Origin: Eledone cirrhosa
Lineage: Eukaryota
DNA: 64,000 bases
Assembly (NCBI GenBank): GCA_964016885.1
Contig: OZ024745.1
Span: 102,114,001-102,178,000 of the forward strand
Reading direction: 5' to 3'
A program made the translations under genes and the position numbers. Position 1 is the stretch's first letter; every line of letters begins with the position of its first letter. Shown in pieces: positions 49,358 through 61,680 of the stretch. A model generated the notes under the pieces. It made no database searches. It had not been told where the DNA came from and was given only the letters and a program-made list of their open reading frames with translations.

Positions 49358-50519
49358 TTAATCAATTGTATCAATATGTCCCACTGTTGTCAATGTAAAC
49401 ATTTCTTATTATAATCATAGAATTTACTGTATTGGTCTGCTGCAGTTTCTAAAGCACTAGCATAGCATTCTTGCAGTCTGTGTTATAAACATAGTTTATG
49501 GCACTTCTGTATTGTTCTAAAACACTATCACAATATTGTTGAAGTTGGTCTTATAAATTCCAATGCTATATAACAATATCGTACTGTCACAGAATTTCTA
49601 TACTGTAATAATGTCATATAGCCTTATAATACTATGGCAACTCTGCTATACTGTAACAGTGTTTGTTATCAGTAATTACATTGCCATGGCAACTTGAAAT
49701 CTGCTTCGCGTGATATTCTTTCTATGATTTTTCAGTAGTTTTGTAAAAGAAGCTTCACTATAGCTGGTAGTTTTCTCTATAGTTGATAAATTGCTGCCAG
49801 TAAAAATGGTTTATATATATATTTCTCTAAAACATTAAAATTCTATGTTATATTATAGCTGCTGATACTTGTAGAATTTAATGTTCATGGATATGGATTC
49901 CTATATCAATACATGATTCCGTATTGATGTATATTGACATATCTTAAAATAACTTCATATAAGAATTTTATCATTTCAAGATAAAATGTATTATCTTTAT
50001 AAATAGAGAACAGTATGCTCATTTGTGTGTGTATGAGTTTGTGTCCGAGTGTGTGTCAATGTGTATGAGTGTGGATTTATAACTTTAAATTGAAGGAAGA
50101 ATATTACACCTTTGTTTTTATTCAAGCAATCAAAATCATCTTTTATGTCAGAGTTGTAATATTGTCAACATCGTTATATTGTTATATTTTAATAACAAAT
50201 AAATATAAATGATTTTTAAAAATGGAAGCAGTGGGTGTTTTTATTGATTGAAATATTGCATTTTATCATTAGATTTTCTATACACTTTTATTCACCAAAT
50301 TTGTTGTTAAACTAGAAAGAAAAATTCTATCAGATACATTTGGAAGTATCAATACAGTATCAGATAAACATTAATAGAATGATGAGATTTTTTTTTTTTT
50401 TTTTTCTCTGGCCTGTCATCTCTGTTTCCTAAGAAACTAAATATGTCTAGAGTCTAAAAAAAAAAAACAGATCTTTCCTAAAATACAGCTGAATGTGTGT
50501 TTTTGTTGTGACAATGCTG

Positions 50520-50900
50520 TGAAATGGAGCAACCACACACTGTTAGATGAGCAATATAATTGTGGGAGAGAGGCAGAGCTTGGATGAATTAAAGGAGAAA
50601 CTGAGTTTAAGATGAATTTGGGATGGTGTGCAGGAGAGAATTCTGCATTGGTCTGGACATATGATGTGTATGGATAATGACCATTGGGTGAAGAAGTGGC
50701 AGCAAATGTCAGTGGAAGGAAGTTGCAGTAGAGATAGACCAAGAAAAACCTGGGCAGAGGTTGTGAGAGCTGATCTCAAATCACTGAGACTTACAGAGGC
50801 GATGACAAAGGATCGCAACATGTGGAGAGATGCCGTGTTGAAAGGACCCATCCAACCCATGCAAACGAAGGAAAAACAGACATAAAAACGATGATGATGA
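50520..50900 (+). pseudogene. Degenerate RTE 3' fragment with (GAT)n tail
   Basis: QERILHWSGHMMCM...RDRPRKTWAEVVRADL...MTKDRNMWRDAV is homologous to the C-terminus of 38145..41264. Confidence 0.88.
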
Positions 50901-51477
50901 ATGCTTTGGGATTAAACAAATATATATAATTCACCAGCTGAAATTTTACTTTAGATTTGTCATATCCCATTTTTCAGAAATATACTAGAATAGACATTGT
51001 TATTAGGACTGAATTCAGTTTTAAACTCTTGAGGATAAGTTATGGCATACAATAAGTTATAGTAAACAAAACAAATATCCATATATTTGGAATGGCATTT
51101 TGTAGTGTTAACCTCATTTTTCTTGGTTTGTAAAACAATGAATACCAACAACTCAGAGTAGAGAAGACCCTTCAGTTAGATGAAGGACACAGTAACTTCA
51201 CAAGTGTTTGTGCTAATATAAACTATAACCTATACATTCTGTAAAATGGTTGGTGATAGGAAAGGCTGTAGAAACCCTGCTAAAGATGTAATATACAAGT
51301 AAGACATGGCCATTAGCCCATCTAGGAGGGCAGTAACTCCAAATAAAATTTGACTTAGACTGTAACCACCAATGCTAGAAAAGTGAACATAAATGATGAT
51401 GATGACAATGGTGGTAGTAGTGGCAGCAGCAGTGGTGGTTATAAGTTAATAAAAAAGCTAATAGTAAGAATAATAAT

Positions 51478-51666
51478 TGTTTCTACTTTTGGCACAAGGC
51501 CAGCAATTATCCCAGTGCATTACTGGTACTTTATTTTATCGACCCCCGTAAGGATGAAAGGCAAAGTTAACCTCAGCGGAATTTGAACTCAGACCATAAA
51601 GGGCCGTTACTCTGCACTGCATAGCATGGCATCTGACTCTCTACCAATACTGCCAATCCACCGCCT
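51478..51666 (-). mobile_element. Deu/Nin-like tRNA SINE with 19-bp TSD
   Basis: TSD TAATAGTAAGAATAATAAT at 51459-51477 and 51667-51685; same family as 5096-5302. Confidence 0.85.
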
Positions 51667-52199
51667 TAATAGTAAGAATAATAATGTAGAAGTTAATGGG
51701 AATTTTATCTTTTCTTTTGTTTTTGTTATTTTATTTTCTTGCTATTGTTGTTGCTATTTTTTTTATACTATGGTCATTCAGTCATCTTTTCAGGGGTTGT
51801 GTGTCTAGATGTATATTATCCAATGTGTACCTCCCTCTTAGAGACATAAGGACAGTACTACAGCAAACAACAACACTTTATCCAGGTGACCATTGCAGTC
51901 CTTTGTAAAGATGTTAGAAAGTAGTTTAATATATTTTGTAGATTAAATTGGCACAGAGTTGGCCCCCTGCAGGTGTGAGCCTCACAAGCTGGAATGGCTC
52001 TTCCCTCACCATGCTTCAGGGAAATGTCTTCTCTATTCTGTCCACCAGGGCCACGAGGCGGCCAGTCTGCCATGACTGCAAAGCAGCCACTGTGTCAGCC
52101 CTCATTTGCTCACAATAGTGAGATGGGGAGAGTGATGGAGACAGTGACTGTGGGACTTTGGTTCTTTTGTTTGGACCTGGTGTATATATATGTATTTAA

Positions 52200-52410
52200 C
52201 CATTTGGCATTTACATTACTCTATATATACTATTGAATTTTCATGGTAAACACTTTATATCACATAATTATCTCGCATAGTATCGAATCTACGAGGTTTT
52301 GATATTATTTATTTTGAGAACAATACCTTAACATAAGTATGAGCAGCCAGTTTGAACAGAAAGAGGTGAGAGAATTCTGGCTGGATATGGCCAGTTTAAA
52401 TGCTAATGGG
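52200..52410 (-). mobile_element. piggyBac-derived MITE
   Basis: TTAA TSDs 52196-99 and 52411-14; same family as 16215-16422. Confidence 0.85.
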
Positions 52411-53250
52411 TTAAGAGAGAATGAGTCTTTAGATGAGGATAGAGATAGTTGTAGGTTGTTTCTGTACTATAGTCTGCCGAATACTGGAGTTAATTAAAGT
52501 TAATTTGTAAAATAATTTTTATTAAAAGATCTTGACCAAAACAATTCACAGACACTAAGTGTAATTTAGTTGATGTTCTTGTTTACCTTGACAAAATAAA
52601 CAGATTTTATGTTCAATGATATTCTAACCTTGACTGTCATATTTTGATCTTCAGACATTTTATATCTGGGACTGCATTATCTAACATTATCTTGTTTTTA
52701 AGACACAAGAGTGATTTGACAGATATTTCACTGCTATTTCTATGAGTAAACACATACATTCTCCTTTGTTGGTTTATGTACAGTTCAGCTTTATTCATGA
52801 GGAGATATAAATTATAGAAAATAAATGATAGTGACACTATCTCTTTCACTCAAGTTCTTTTTCTCATATAAAATAGTAAATTATTCTTGCACACTATGGT
52901 AATTTCTTTTGTTTTCAACATTAAATATGTATCATCTTATCATAAACGTTTTGAAGTTAGTTCTGACAAGAATCCCTTATTCTTCTAACCTTTAATAAAC
53001 TACTTTTAGCACTTAAAAGTATTGCACAGGCACAGTTCTTCCGTTCTATTATTTAGTGTTTTCTAGAATTGAAGAATGCAAAATAGCATATTGCATTGTT
53101 GAAATCTGTCATGCCAAAAGCATTAGGATTATCAACAAAATGTGTATGGATGTATATATGTAAGTATGTGTGCATACATGTATTCTGTGAATATATATAT
53201 ATATATATATACACACAATTCAATGATATTAAATAAATGAAAACTATATT

Positions 53251-53311
53251 TATTCTATTATATATATTTCAAGGCTACCAAAACTTTGGTACGCTTTCAT
53301 CAGATAAAATA
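53251..53311 (-). ncRNA. Type I minimal hammerhead ribozyme (intact core) in short TA-inserted element ~53212-53378
   Basis: TATTTTAT-CTGATGA-AAGCGTACCA aagttt TGGTAGCCTT-GAAA-TATATA-TA/ATAGAATA; stem II has two mismatches. Confidence 0.75.
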
Positions 53312-54561
53312 CAAAGTTTGTTTTATAAATTTTGACATAACCGAGAAAAGATACTTTAACAGTTCAAGTTTTTCTTGATATATATATATATATTGGTAAA
53401 AGGAAAAGAAAATGCTGACAAATTGTTCCCAGTGAAAAATAGTTTAATTAGGAATAAGTATTGGTTAGTATTCAGTTTTGGTTTTAAGTTTTTACTGGTT
53501 GCACATTTCTAATGCTTTTCAAAAGTAATTTTGAGATAGAGCGCCCGAGATGTTTGCTCTAATCTGATTAGTTTTGGAAATTCTACCTGTTTTATGTGAA
53601 AAAAAGTGGCTCCAGATGTATTAAAATAAGTTTCGCGCCAATTCGTGGTGCAAAAATTCTTGTGGTCAAAACAATTTTGATTGGTCGGTAGAGGACATGT
53701 AAATGTTAAAAATTGATTTTGCGCCAAATGTAGGTTTGTCTCGGCTGATTGCGAAGTCACTGAAAAATAAATCTTTTAAGACAAATATGTGTGTGTGTGT
53801 GTGTGTGTAGTAGTAAAGAGGTTCATTGTTGTGATAATGGTCAGTAGGGATGTGTGTGTGAATTGCAGTCATGTTGACAGGTTAACAGTTCAGGTGCCTA
53901 TTAAGACAAGTGTGTGTGTGTGTGTGTGTAGCAGAGTAATTCATGGTAAAGGGATCAGTCAGTAGGAATGTGTCTGCACATGTGTGGGGGATATTTTAAC
54001 ATGTTAAAAGATATTTTTCAGCTCTTGTCTTATACGGAGGTGTGTGTATATGTCTCTTTGTATGTTAGTGTACGCGTGTGTATGTGTGTGTGTATATGTG
54101 AGTGTGTGGGGGTGGACCAGTATTTTTGTGATACTGGTAAAAATGGTGTACATTATTTGATATTTTCAGTAAAAACGATTCTCTTAAGAGAACATCAAAA
54201 ACATTAATAATAAAAGGTGTGAAATGATATATAGTATTGTCATAAGACCAAGGTGTGTGTGAGTGTCCAGATTGTACGTACTGCAAGGGGAATCCATTAG
54301 GCCCTGCCGTATTGGAATACTTGTGTACAAATATGTATGTGCCCATCAGTGTGCAATGCATGTGTGCGTTTATGTATGTGTGTGTGTCGGCACGTTTATA
54401 TCTATAGACATCAAAAGGTATGCAAATTTGTGTATATTTGTGTTGCACCATAGAACATGTGTGTTTACATATGTCATTGTGTTTATATGTGGATAGAGAT
54501 GTATGTAGGATGTATGCTGATGTAGGTATGTATGTTGACGTGTGTATGTTGTGGGTTCGTC

Positions 54562-55026
54562 TTAGGGAGAAGTGTTTAGACGGGGTCCGTATTTGTTAAT
54601 AAAGTGAGATTCCTTGCTGATGCGCTGGGTGTGGATGGCATTATCTTTAAATTTGTAGAGGGGAAAGATTCTGAAGTTGGGATGATTTTGGGTGGCACAG
54701 GTATCAATGTGTTCACTCAGTGGTATTTTCCTGTATTCCCGTATTTTAATTTGGGATCTATGGACAGTCATGCATTGGCAGAGGCTGTTTTTGGTCTGGC
54801 CTATGTATTGTTCTCGACAACCTGAGCAAGTTAATACATATATTAGATTTTCTGATGCGCATGTTAAATTGTGTTTTACTATAAAACGTTGTCCTTTTTT
54901 GAAATTGAATTCCGAACCCTCTATTAGGTTGATGCATATGTCACAGTTTGGTCTATCGCATTTTTTTACTGTGGGTTTCGTTGTTGGTGTTGGCAGTACT
55001 TTGGCATGTGTTAGGATGTTTTTCAT
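54562..55026 (-). pseudogene. PLE GIY-YIG endonuclease with Cys-rich linker and CCHH motif
   Basis: CDRPNCDIC linker; CASENLIYVLTCSGCREQYIGQT...VHR...SEH; C-terminal ESHFINKYGPRLN. Confidence 0.92.
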
Positions 55027-56770
55027 TGACTTAGATTGTCTTTTGCTCTTTATGATATCGTGTGTTCATAGGATTTGGTTCATTCTATGGTCCTTTTTTA
55101 ACACAGGGATGTTCTGGAGGATGGTGTCAAAGGCCTCATTGTTGAGGGGTTGTGTGTGGAGATGTATGGAAGAGCTTTTAGTTTCGGTTGATTTACTTTA
55201 GGGTGTCTAAGGTCCTGGGTACTGAGTTTTAGGGCACGTTGGATTCCATTGTCAATTAGTGATGCAGGGTAGTCCCTGCCTATGAGTGTGTCCTTTAGTT
55301 CTTGTAGCCGTAAGTAACAGGTGTTTTTATTGGAGACTATAGTACAGATTCTCTTGGCTAAGTTGTAGGGAATATTAATTTTAACGTGTCTAGGGTGGCA
55401 AGAGTTGAAAGGAAGATATTGCTTGGAGTCTGTGGGCTTGTAGTATATGTCTGTTTCTATTTTTTTGTTATGAATCTTAATGAGGATGTCGAGGAAGGGG
55501 AGTTGTTGATGGCTGTATTCCATCGTAAAGTTAATATTCGTGTTGAGCCCATTTATAAGGGTGTGAAATTCTTTAAGTTTGTCGATGTTTTCGTGCCAAA
55601 GGATGAAGCAGTCATCTAGATATCGCTTCCAGTTCCTTTCTATGTGTAAGTGGAGAGTGTTTCCAAATTTGTTTAGTACTTTAGTGTAGAGGGTGATTTC
55701 CAGGTATCCCATGACTAGGTTGGCATAAGTGGCGGCTATTTTCGTTCCCATAGCGGTCCTAGATTTCTGCCTGTAGGATTTGTTATTTGTTCTCCAAGAT
55801 AAATTTGAGTCCCTCTATCACAAATTCTTTTTTGATGCGTTGTGGGAGTTCATTGTGGTAATTATCCAGCCAGAATTGGATAGCTTCTATTCCTAGGTTG
55901 TGGGGGATGTTGGAGTATAGGTTGACTACATCGAACGTCACTAATAGGGTTTGTTCAGAAAGGGGCATATTAGGGAGGTGATTGAGCATATCTAGGTCGT
56001 CCCTTATATAGCTTTTGATGTGTTTGAGAAAAGGCTTGAGAAGGGTATCAATGAACTTGCTGAGGCGGTGGGTGTCACAAGCGGGGCCTGCTATTATAGA
56101 TCTTAATTTGAGATCATTGGGTGAGGGGACATTGATGACTATGTCTGTGGCTTCCTTGCATGCCTTACTTTATGTACTTTAGGGATACTGTAGAAAAGGC
56201 TGTGATGAAGCTGAATTCCTTGTTAGTGAGTTCTTCTTTGTATTGGTTGATCAGAGTTTTTAGGTTTCTCAAAATTTTCTGTTGATTTTCTGTTCAGCCT
56301 TTTCATAGTATGTTTCGTTTTCCAAAGTGGAGAGCGCTAAGTTGATATAGAATTCTGTCTCTATTAGGACTACTGTACTCCCTTTATCAGCCTCTTTAAT
56401 TGTAATGGTTCTGTCGGTTTTTAATCTATTTAATTCTTCCCGGTTTGGCTTGTGTTTTTGTCTGTGCAAGTGTTGGTAAGGGAAGTTTGTGATGTGTTCA
56501 CAGAATTCGTCGAGGATTTAATTTCTACCTTTTGATGGGGTGTAGTTGCTTCTATTTCTGGCTAATGATTCATCTTCATTGTACTGGTCGAATAGTTCTT
56601 CACTGAGTCGTAACTTTCTACAGAAGTCTGTGATGTCTTCCTTCATTTCATAGTAGTTAGGACGTAGTGGGGTCGGTGTGAATTTAAGACCTTTGGAGAG
56701 TAAGTTGATAAGGTTGGGTGTTGGTTCTGCACTAGTTAGATTGAAAATTTGTATTACTCTCGGTTTCTCC
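55027..56770 (-). pseudogene. PLE reverse transcriptase, frameshifted
   Basis: IFNLT...LLSKGLKFTPTP (~56670-56750), IKEADKG, TFDVVNLYSNIP, MGTKIAATYANL, RYLDD, LPFLDI, YYKPTD...SCHP. Confidence 0.93.
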
Positions 56771-57193
56771 TCCCTGTCTTGTGTTATTTTGTTTGCCTGT
56801 ATCTGTGTGCTGTGTCTAAAAAATGGTTGGGGTAGAGGGGTTGTCTGCTGATGTTAAGTGGTCTCTTGTGTTTGTTATATTCCTTGTTGTTGTAAAATGT
56901 GGTTCGGGTTCGTGGTTCTAGATTGAATGGGGTGTTCCTGTATTGCGAGTATGGATGTGTGTTTCTATGTGCCATGTTGGATTGTGGTGTTATAGCTAGC
57001 CTACGTTGTTGGTTGTATCGTGTGGTGTGGGTTTGTTGTGTATTGTGGAAGCAAGAGTTGAGAAAATTGAATTACCTTGCTGTTCCCTTGAAGCAGGGAA
57101 GTTGTTACATCTCTCATGGTGGTGGTATCTTTTCCCTATGTTTGACGATGAGGCATCCGCGTAGTAGTTGAGTGATTTGGTATGGTGTCTTCT

Positions 57194-58063
57194 TCAAGGG
57201 GGAAAGTTGTAAATATCATTCTGGGGGTGATGATTTCTAGGGTTTTTGTTCCTTCTTATGGTAGCGAGGTTGGGAAGTTCATCTTCGGTGTGGTGCTTCC
57301 TTCTTCTTTTGTGCAGTTCGGTTATGGGTTTTCCTATTTTTATGAACGGGTTATTGGAGGTGTAATCCGTTTGAAAAGTCGATTCATAGTTTAAGAACCA
57401 AGCAGCACTTTTTTTCCAGCGTTGAAGGGATTTCAGTTCTTCTCTGTTGCAGTCCCCTTTCCATAATTTAGAGATCTTCTCTACCTTGGGGCCTTCAGTC
57501 TTATTGTTGATTTCCAGGAGGATCTCTTCATCAATGGTTTTGATTTTTTCCTCATTTGTCTGGGCCTTCAATTTAAGAAGTTCAATTTCTTTCTTCATTT
57601 TTTCCAATGCCATTCTTTCCCTAAGGTGTCTTTGAGGTTCAGGTTCATTTGGAATGGGCTTTATTTGTATTTTACGGGGGAGAGTTAGAGGGGTTGAGTT
57701 AAGCCATTTTTCATATATCTTCGCTTTGTTGTGATTTTGTATCATACTCCAGAATGAGAACTTTCTGTCTCTGAGGGATTTGTTCCATTTTGGAATTGTT
57801 CGAATTTTCATTTTGTATGAATCAATCTCACATTGTTCTTCATTGGTTTTTCCTGGGTTGGTAGTAGTGAACATAGTTTGGATAGTATCGCAAAGGTTTT
57901 GAAGTTTATCGCCGAGATGGGAGGGTTTGTATCCGGTGACGGTTTCCTCATTTGTGGAGTCAAGTTTGTCGACCAGCACAGATAGGTTTGTGTTAATTTT
58001 CTTGAGCTCCTATAGAATCTTTTCATTTGTGTTGATAAGAGTTGTATCTGTTTTTGTTGGCAT
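57194..58063 (-). CDS. Upstream ORF of the PLE, unknown helical/coiled-coil-like protein; ATG at 58063 with one in-frame TAG
   Basis: 261-aa open frame 57979-57194 extends in frame to MPTKTDTTLINTNEKIL*ELKKINTNLS; lies just inside the 5' pLTR; E/K-rich segment LEKMKKEIELLKLKAQTNEEKIKTID. Confidence 0.6.
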
Positions 58064-58286
58064 TTTCTGTATCTCGTGTGAGGATGTGATATTTAAAAGA
58101 ATTGAGGTGTAACACACGAGTTATGATATATTGATAAAAGGAAAAGAAAATGCTGACAAATTGTTCCCAGTGAAAAATAGTTTAATTAGGAATAAGTAAA
58201 AATTAGTAATAAGTATTGGTTAGTATTCAGTTTTGGTTTTAAGTTTTTACCAGTTGCGCATTTCTAATGCTTTTCAAAAATAATTT

Positions 58287-58326
<40 letters not shown>

Positions 58327-58330
<4 letters not shown>

Positions 58331-58748
58331 ATTAGAATTGGTGCGCTGAAATAGTGATATGTATATGAATGTATATATAGTGTATTTTGCAATACACTAT
58401 GCTTAATTAAAAGCATTTCGAAGACCTTACGCTATTGTTTTAGAGTAGTGACAGTCTCACTTACTTTAAATTTTCAGCAAACAGCGGAGATAAAGCTGAC
58501 AGAGCTCTGTTTCGTACTGATTGGTACTTATCAAAGCCAAATACCCCACCTGTTTGCTGAAAATCATGAATGTTTGATTCTTATAGAATTTCAAGTAATA
58601 ATCAGGAACTGATTATACAGAGCGTTTGCCGGTCAAGCAGAAATTGAAAATTAGAATTGGTGCTCTGAAATAGCGATATGTATATGAATGTATATACAGT
58701 GTATTTTGCAATACACTGTATGCTTAATTAAAAGCATTTTGAAGACCT

Positions 58749-58750
<2 letters not shown>
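58327..58750 (-). mobile_element. Retrozyme-like non-coding element: 319-bp unit with ~104-bp terminal direct repeat, in (TA)n
   Basis: 58327-58429 is repeated at 58646-58750; internal hammerhead; no ORF. Confidence 0.75.
58470..58564 (-). ncRNA. Type I hammerhead ribozyme, U3:A8 core variant, extended stem I
   Basis: ATTTTCAGCAAACAG...GGCT-TTGATAA-GTAC caatca GTAC-GAAA-CAGAGCTCTG-TC/AGCT...CTGTTTGCTGAAAAT; GUC cleavage triplet. Confidence 0.75.
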
Positions 58751-58809
<59 letters not shown>

Positions 58810-58814
58810 ATATA

Positions 58815-60071
58815 CAAGGTGCGGACGATATTTGTTGGCAAGATTACTGTCTAGGAAAAAATAACACAGTAGTTTTATTTTTTAAGATATATTTATCAAA
58901 CATGGGTCAGTTTGTCTTCATGATTTGTTTCTTCGATCTCATTCGATAAACCCGCCATTGGCTTTGATGACGGCCTCAAGGCGGCCTCGCAACCGGCTAC
59001 AGGCCCTTGTCACTTTCCCCTAAAGACACTTGTGATCCTGGCCTTCAGATCGTATTTCGTATTGCAGCTAGATCTGTTGGTGTCTCGTTCTACTGCGCCC
59101 CACACAAAGAAGTCGAGGGAGTTGCAGTCAGGCGAGCTGGGAGGCCAGATGTCAGGTGAAGTGTGGTCGACGAATATCTCTGACAGCCAGGATTGGGTCT
59201 TTCGGCTGGTATGGCAGGGTGCTGAGTTTTTCTGCCACGTGTACGGCTTACCTGCAGGTACCTGGTCGATCCAGGGCTTTACTACCTCGCTCAGAACTCA
59301 GTGTTCAGCTTGAGGCCCTCAGGGAAGAAATCTGGTGGCATGACGTCACCTTGACTGCTGACGACACCTAAGACCAATGTTGTTGCTGGAAACTTTGTCT
59401 GCATGACTCTGGGCACATCTTTGGATGGGACAGCGAGTCACCTGTTGTTCTGGGAGTTGATCTTCCGGTCTTGGCAGAAGTTTTTCTCGTCGGAGAAAAA
59501 CCACAGCATGTCTGGCTCCAGTGGGTGTTTCAACTTGTTGATCAGCTTCTTTGCGTGCTTCAGTCGCTTTTCTTGCATCGCCTTTGACAGAAATTGTCCT
59601 TTCCTCATCTTGTATGAAACGTAGCGAATGTCTTCATGTACCACCAGCCTAATGAGCTTTTCATCCACGCCTTTCCCCCTTGCAATGGCATGCATCAACT
59701 TGCTAGGTTCATTGTTGATGATATCCTGAACTTCAGCGACGAACTCGTGCATTCTGAAGGCGTCAGATCATCGATCATGTGTTTTCCTCTCTGATGTTGC
59801 TTCGTAGTCAAATCCTGAATCTTCCAATTCCTTTCTGACGCTGAGAAAGTCTGAAATTTCCTTATTTGTCCTCCCGGCGCAGATTCCAAGAAGAACTCCG
59901 TGTCTTTTCCACAAATTTGGAGGTTCAAAATTATTCATAATCAATTATTCTGAAAATAAATAATGGCAATAGAGTCACTGTTTTTATGAAGATAAGAGTG
60001 ACAACGGAAGTAAAAAAAATTTGTATAAAATTAGCAGTTGAAAATTGCAAACAAATACCGTCCACACCCTG
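58815..60071 (-). mobile_element. Tc1/mariner DD37D (maT-type) transposon, full length, degenerate transposase
   Basis: TA-flanked imperfect TIRs (CAAGGTGCGGACGATATTTG / CAAATACCGTCCACACCCTG); WFFSDEKNF and WPPSSPDCNSLD motifs. Confidence 0.9.
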
Positions 60072-60170
60072 TACATATATATATATCATGATATATATAT
60101 ATCATGATATATGATATAAATTATATATATATCATCATCATCACCATTTTACGTCCGTTCTTCCATGTTC

Positions 60171-61325
60171 TTCAGAATAATTGATTATGAATAATTTTGA
60201 ACCTCCAAATTTGTGGAAGAGACACAGAGTTCTTCTTGGAATCCGCGCCGGGAGGACAAATAAGGAAATTTCAGATGTTCTCAGCGGCAGCAGGAGAATG
60301 GTGGAAAAGGTCAGAAAAGAATTGGAAGATTTAGGATTCGACTACGAAGCAACATCAGAGAGTAAAACACATGATCGATGATCTGATGCCTTCAGAACGC
60401 TCGAGTTCGTCGCTGAAGTTCAGGATACAATGAACCTGGCAAGTCGATGTGTGCCATTGCAAGGGAGAAAGGCGTGGATGAGAAGCTCATTAGGCCGGTG
60501 GTACATGAAGACATTCGTTACATTTCATACAAGATGAGGAAAGGACAATTTCTGTCAAAGGCGATGCAAAAAAAGCGACTGAAGCATGCAAAGAAGCTGA
60601 TCAACAAGTTGAAACACCCACTGGAGCCAGACATGCTGTGGTTTTTCTCCGACGAGAAAAACTTCTGCCAAGACCGGAAGAGCAACTCCCAGAACAACAG
60701 GTGGTTCGCTGTCCCATCCAAAGATGTGCCCAGAGTCATGCAGACAAAGTTACCAGTAATAACATTGGTCTTAGGTGTCGTCAGCAGTCAAGGTGACGTC
60801 ATGCCACCACATTTCTTCCCTGAGGGCCTCAAGCTGAACACCGATGGCTACATCCGCGTTCTGAGCGAGGTAGTAAAGCCCTGGATTGACCAGGTAGCTG
60901 CAAGTAGGCCGTACGTGTGGCTGCAAGACTCAGCGCCCTGCCATACCAGCCGAAAGACCCTTGCCTGGCTGTCAGAGAACTTTGTCGACCACACTTCACC
61001 TGACATCTGACTGCAACCCCCTCGACTTCTTTGTGTGTGGCGCAGTGGAATGAGACACCAACAGATCTAGCTGCAATACGAAATACGATCTGAAGGCCAG
61101 GATCACTAGTGCCTTTAGGGGCCTAAGTCGGGGGACAGTGACGAAGGCCTGTAGCCGGTTCCGAGGCCGCCATCAAAGCCAGTGGTGGGTTTATCGAGTG
61201 AGATTGAAAGAACAAGTCATGAAGACAAACTGACCCAAGTTTGATAAATATATCTTAAAAAATAAAACTACTGTGTTATTTTTTCCTAGACAGTAATCTT
61301 GCGAACAAATATCATCCGCACCCTG
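60171..61325 (+). mobile_element. Second DD37D copy, 5'-truncated, head-to-head with the first; transposase pseudogene ~60181-61200
   Basis: SDEKNF...QDSAPCH; 37 residues separate the second and third D when the two copies are combined; deletion in WPPSSP; 3' TIR plus TA. Confidence 0.9.
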
Positions 61326-61350
61326 TATATATAATTTATATCATATATCA

Positions 61351-61405
<55 letters not shown>

Positions 61406-61680
61406 AAATTTACATATATATTCCAACTCGCGTGCTCCTTCTCCACATTTTATAATTATATATATAGAATATTTAAGTATCGCGAGAGAGAAGAGGTTTA
61501 AAGGGATAAGCGATACATATAGTTGTTGCTAAAAGGTTGTGCATTTGTGCTCAATACTTGTGCCTACAGGGTTAAATATTGGAAGCGTTAATATTTAGCG
61601 GGTGAGAAGATAAGCAGCACGGTTACAAATGAAAGGATTACAAAGGAGAATATATACTGTCAAAACATGTTTATATAAAA

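Larger units (their letters stand above)
53393..58289 (-). mobile_element. Full-length but decayed Penelope-like element (Neptune/Naiad-type architecture) with direct pseudo-LTRs, inserted in (TA)n
   Basis: Direct repeat 53393-53533 / 58131-58289; RT and C-terminal GIY-YIG on minus; TA tracts on both sides. Confidence 0.92.

Noticed and set aside
52637-52849. 70-aa minus ORF as a host exon
   Set aside because: No recognisable motif or convincing splice signals.
53393-54310. Hammerhead in the pLTR/3' region of the large PLE
   Set aside because: Expected for the class, but I could not find a convincing core; the one at 53251 belongs to a separate adjacent element.
54562-55026. Selenocysteine-recoding PLE
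   Set aside because: Some Naiad PLEs use in-frame UGA, but here the linker and CCHH cysteines are ordinary Cys codons and I saw no SECIS-like hairpin.
53393-58289. LTR retrotransposon
   Set aside because: The repeats lack TG...CA ends, there is no PBS, protease or integrase, and the RT plus GIY-YIG are PLE-type.
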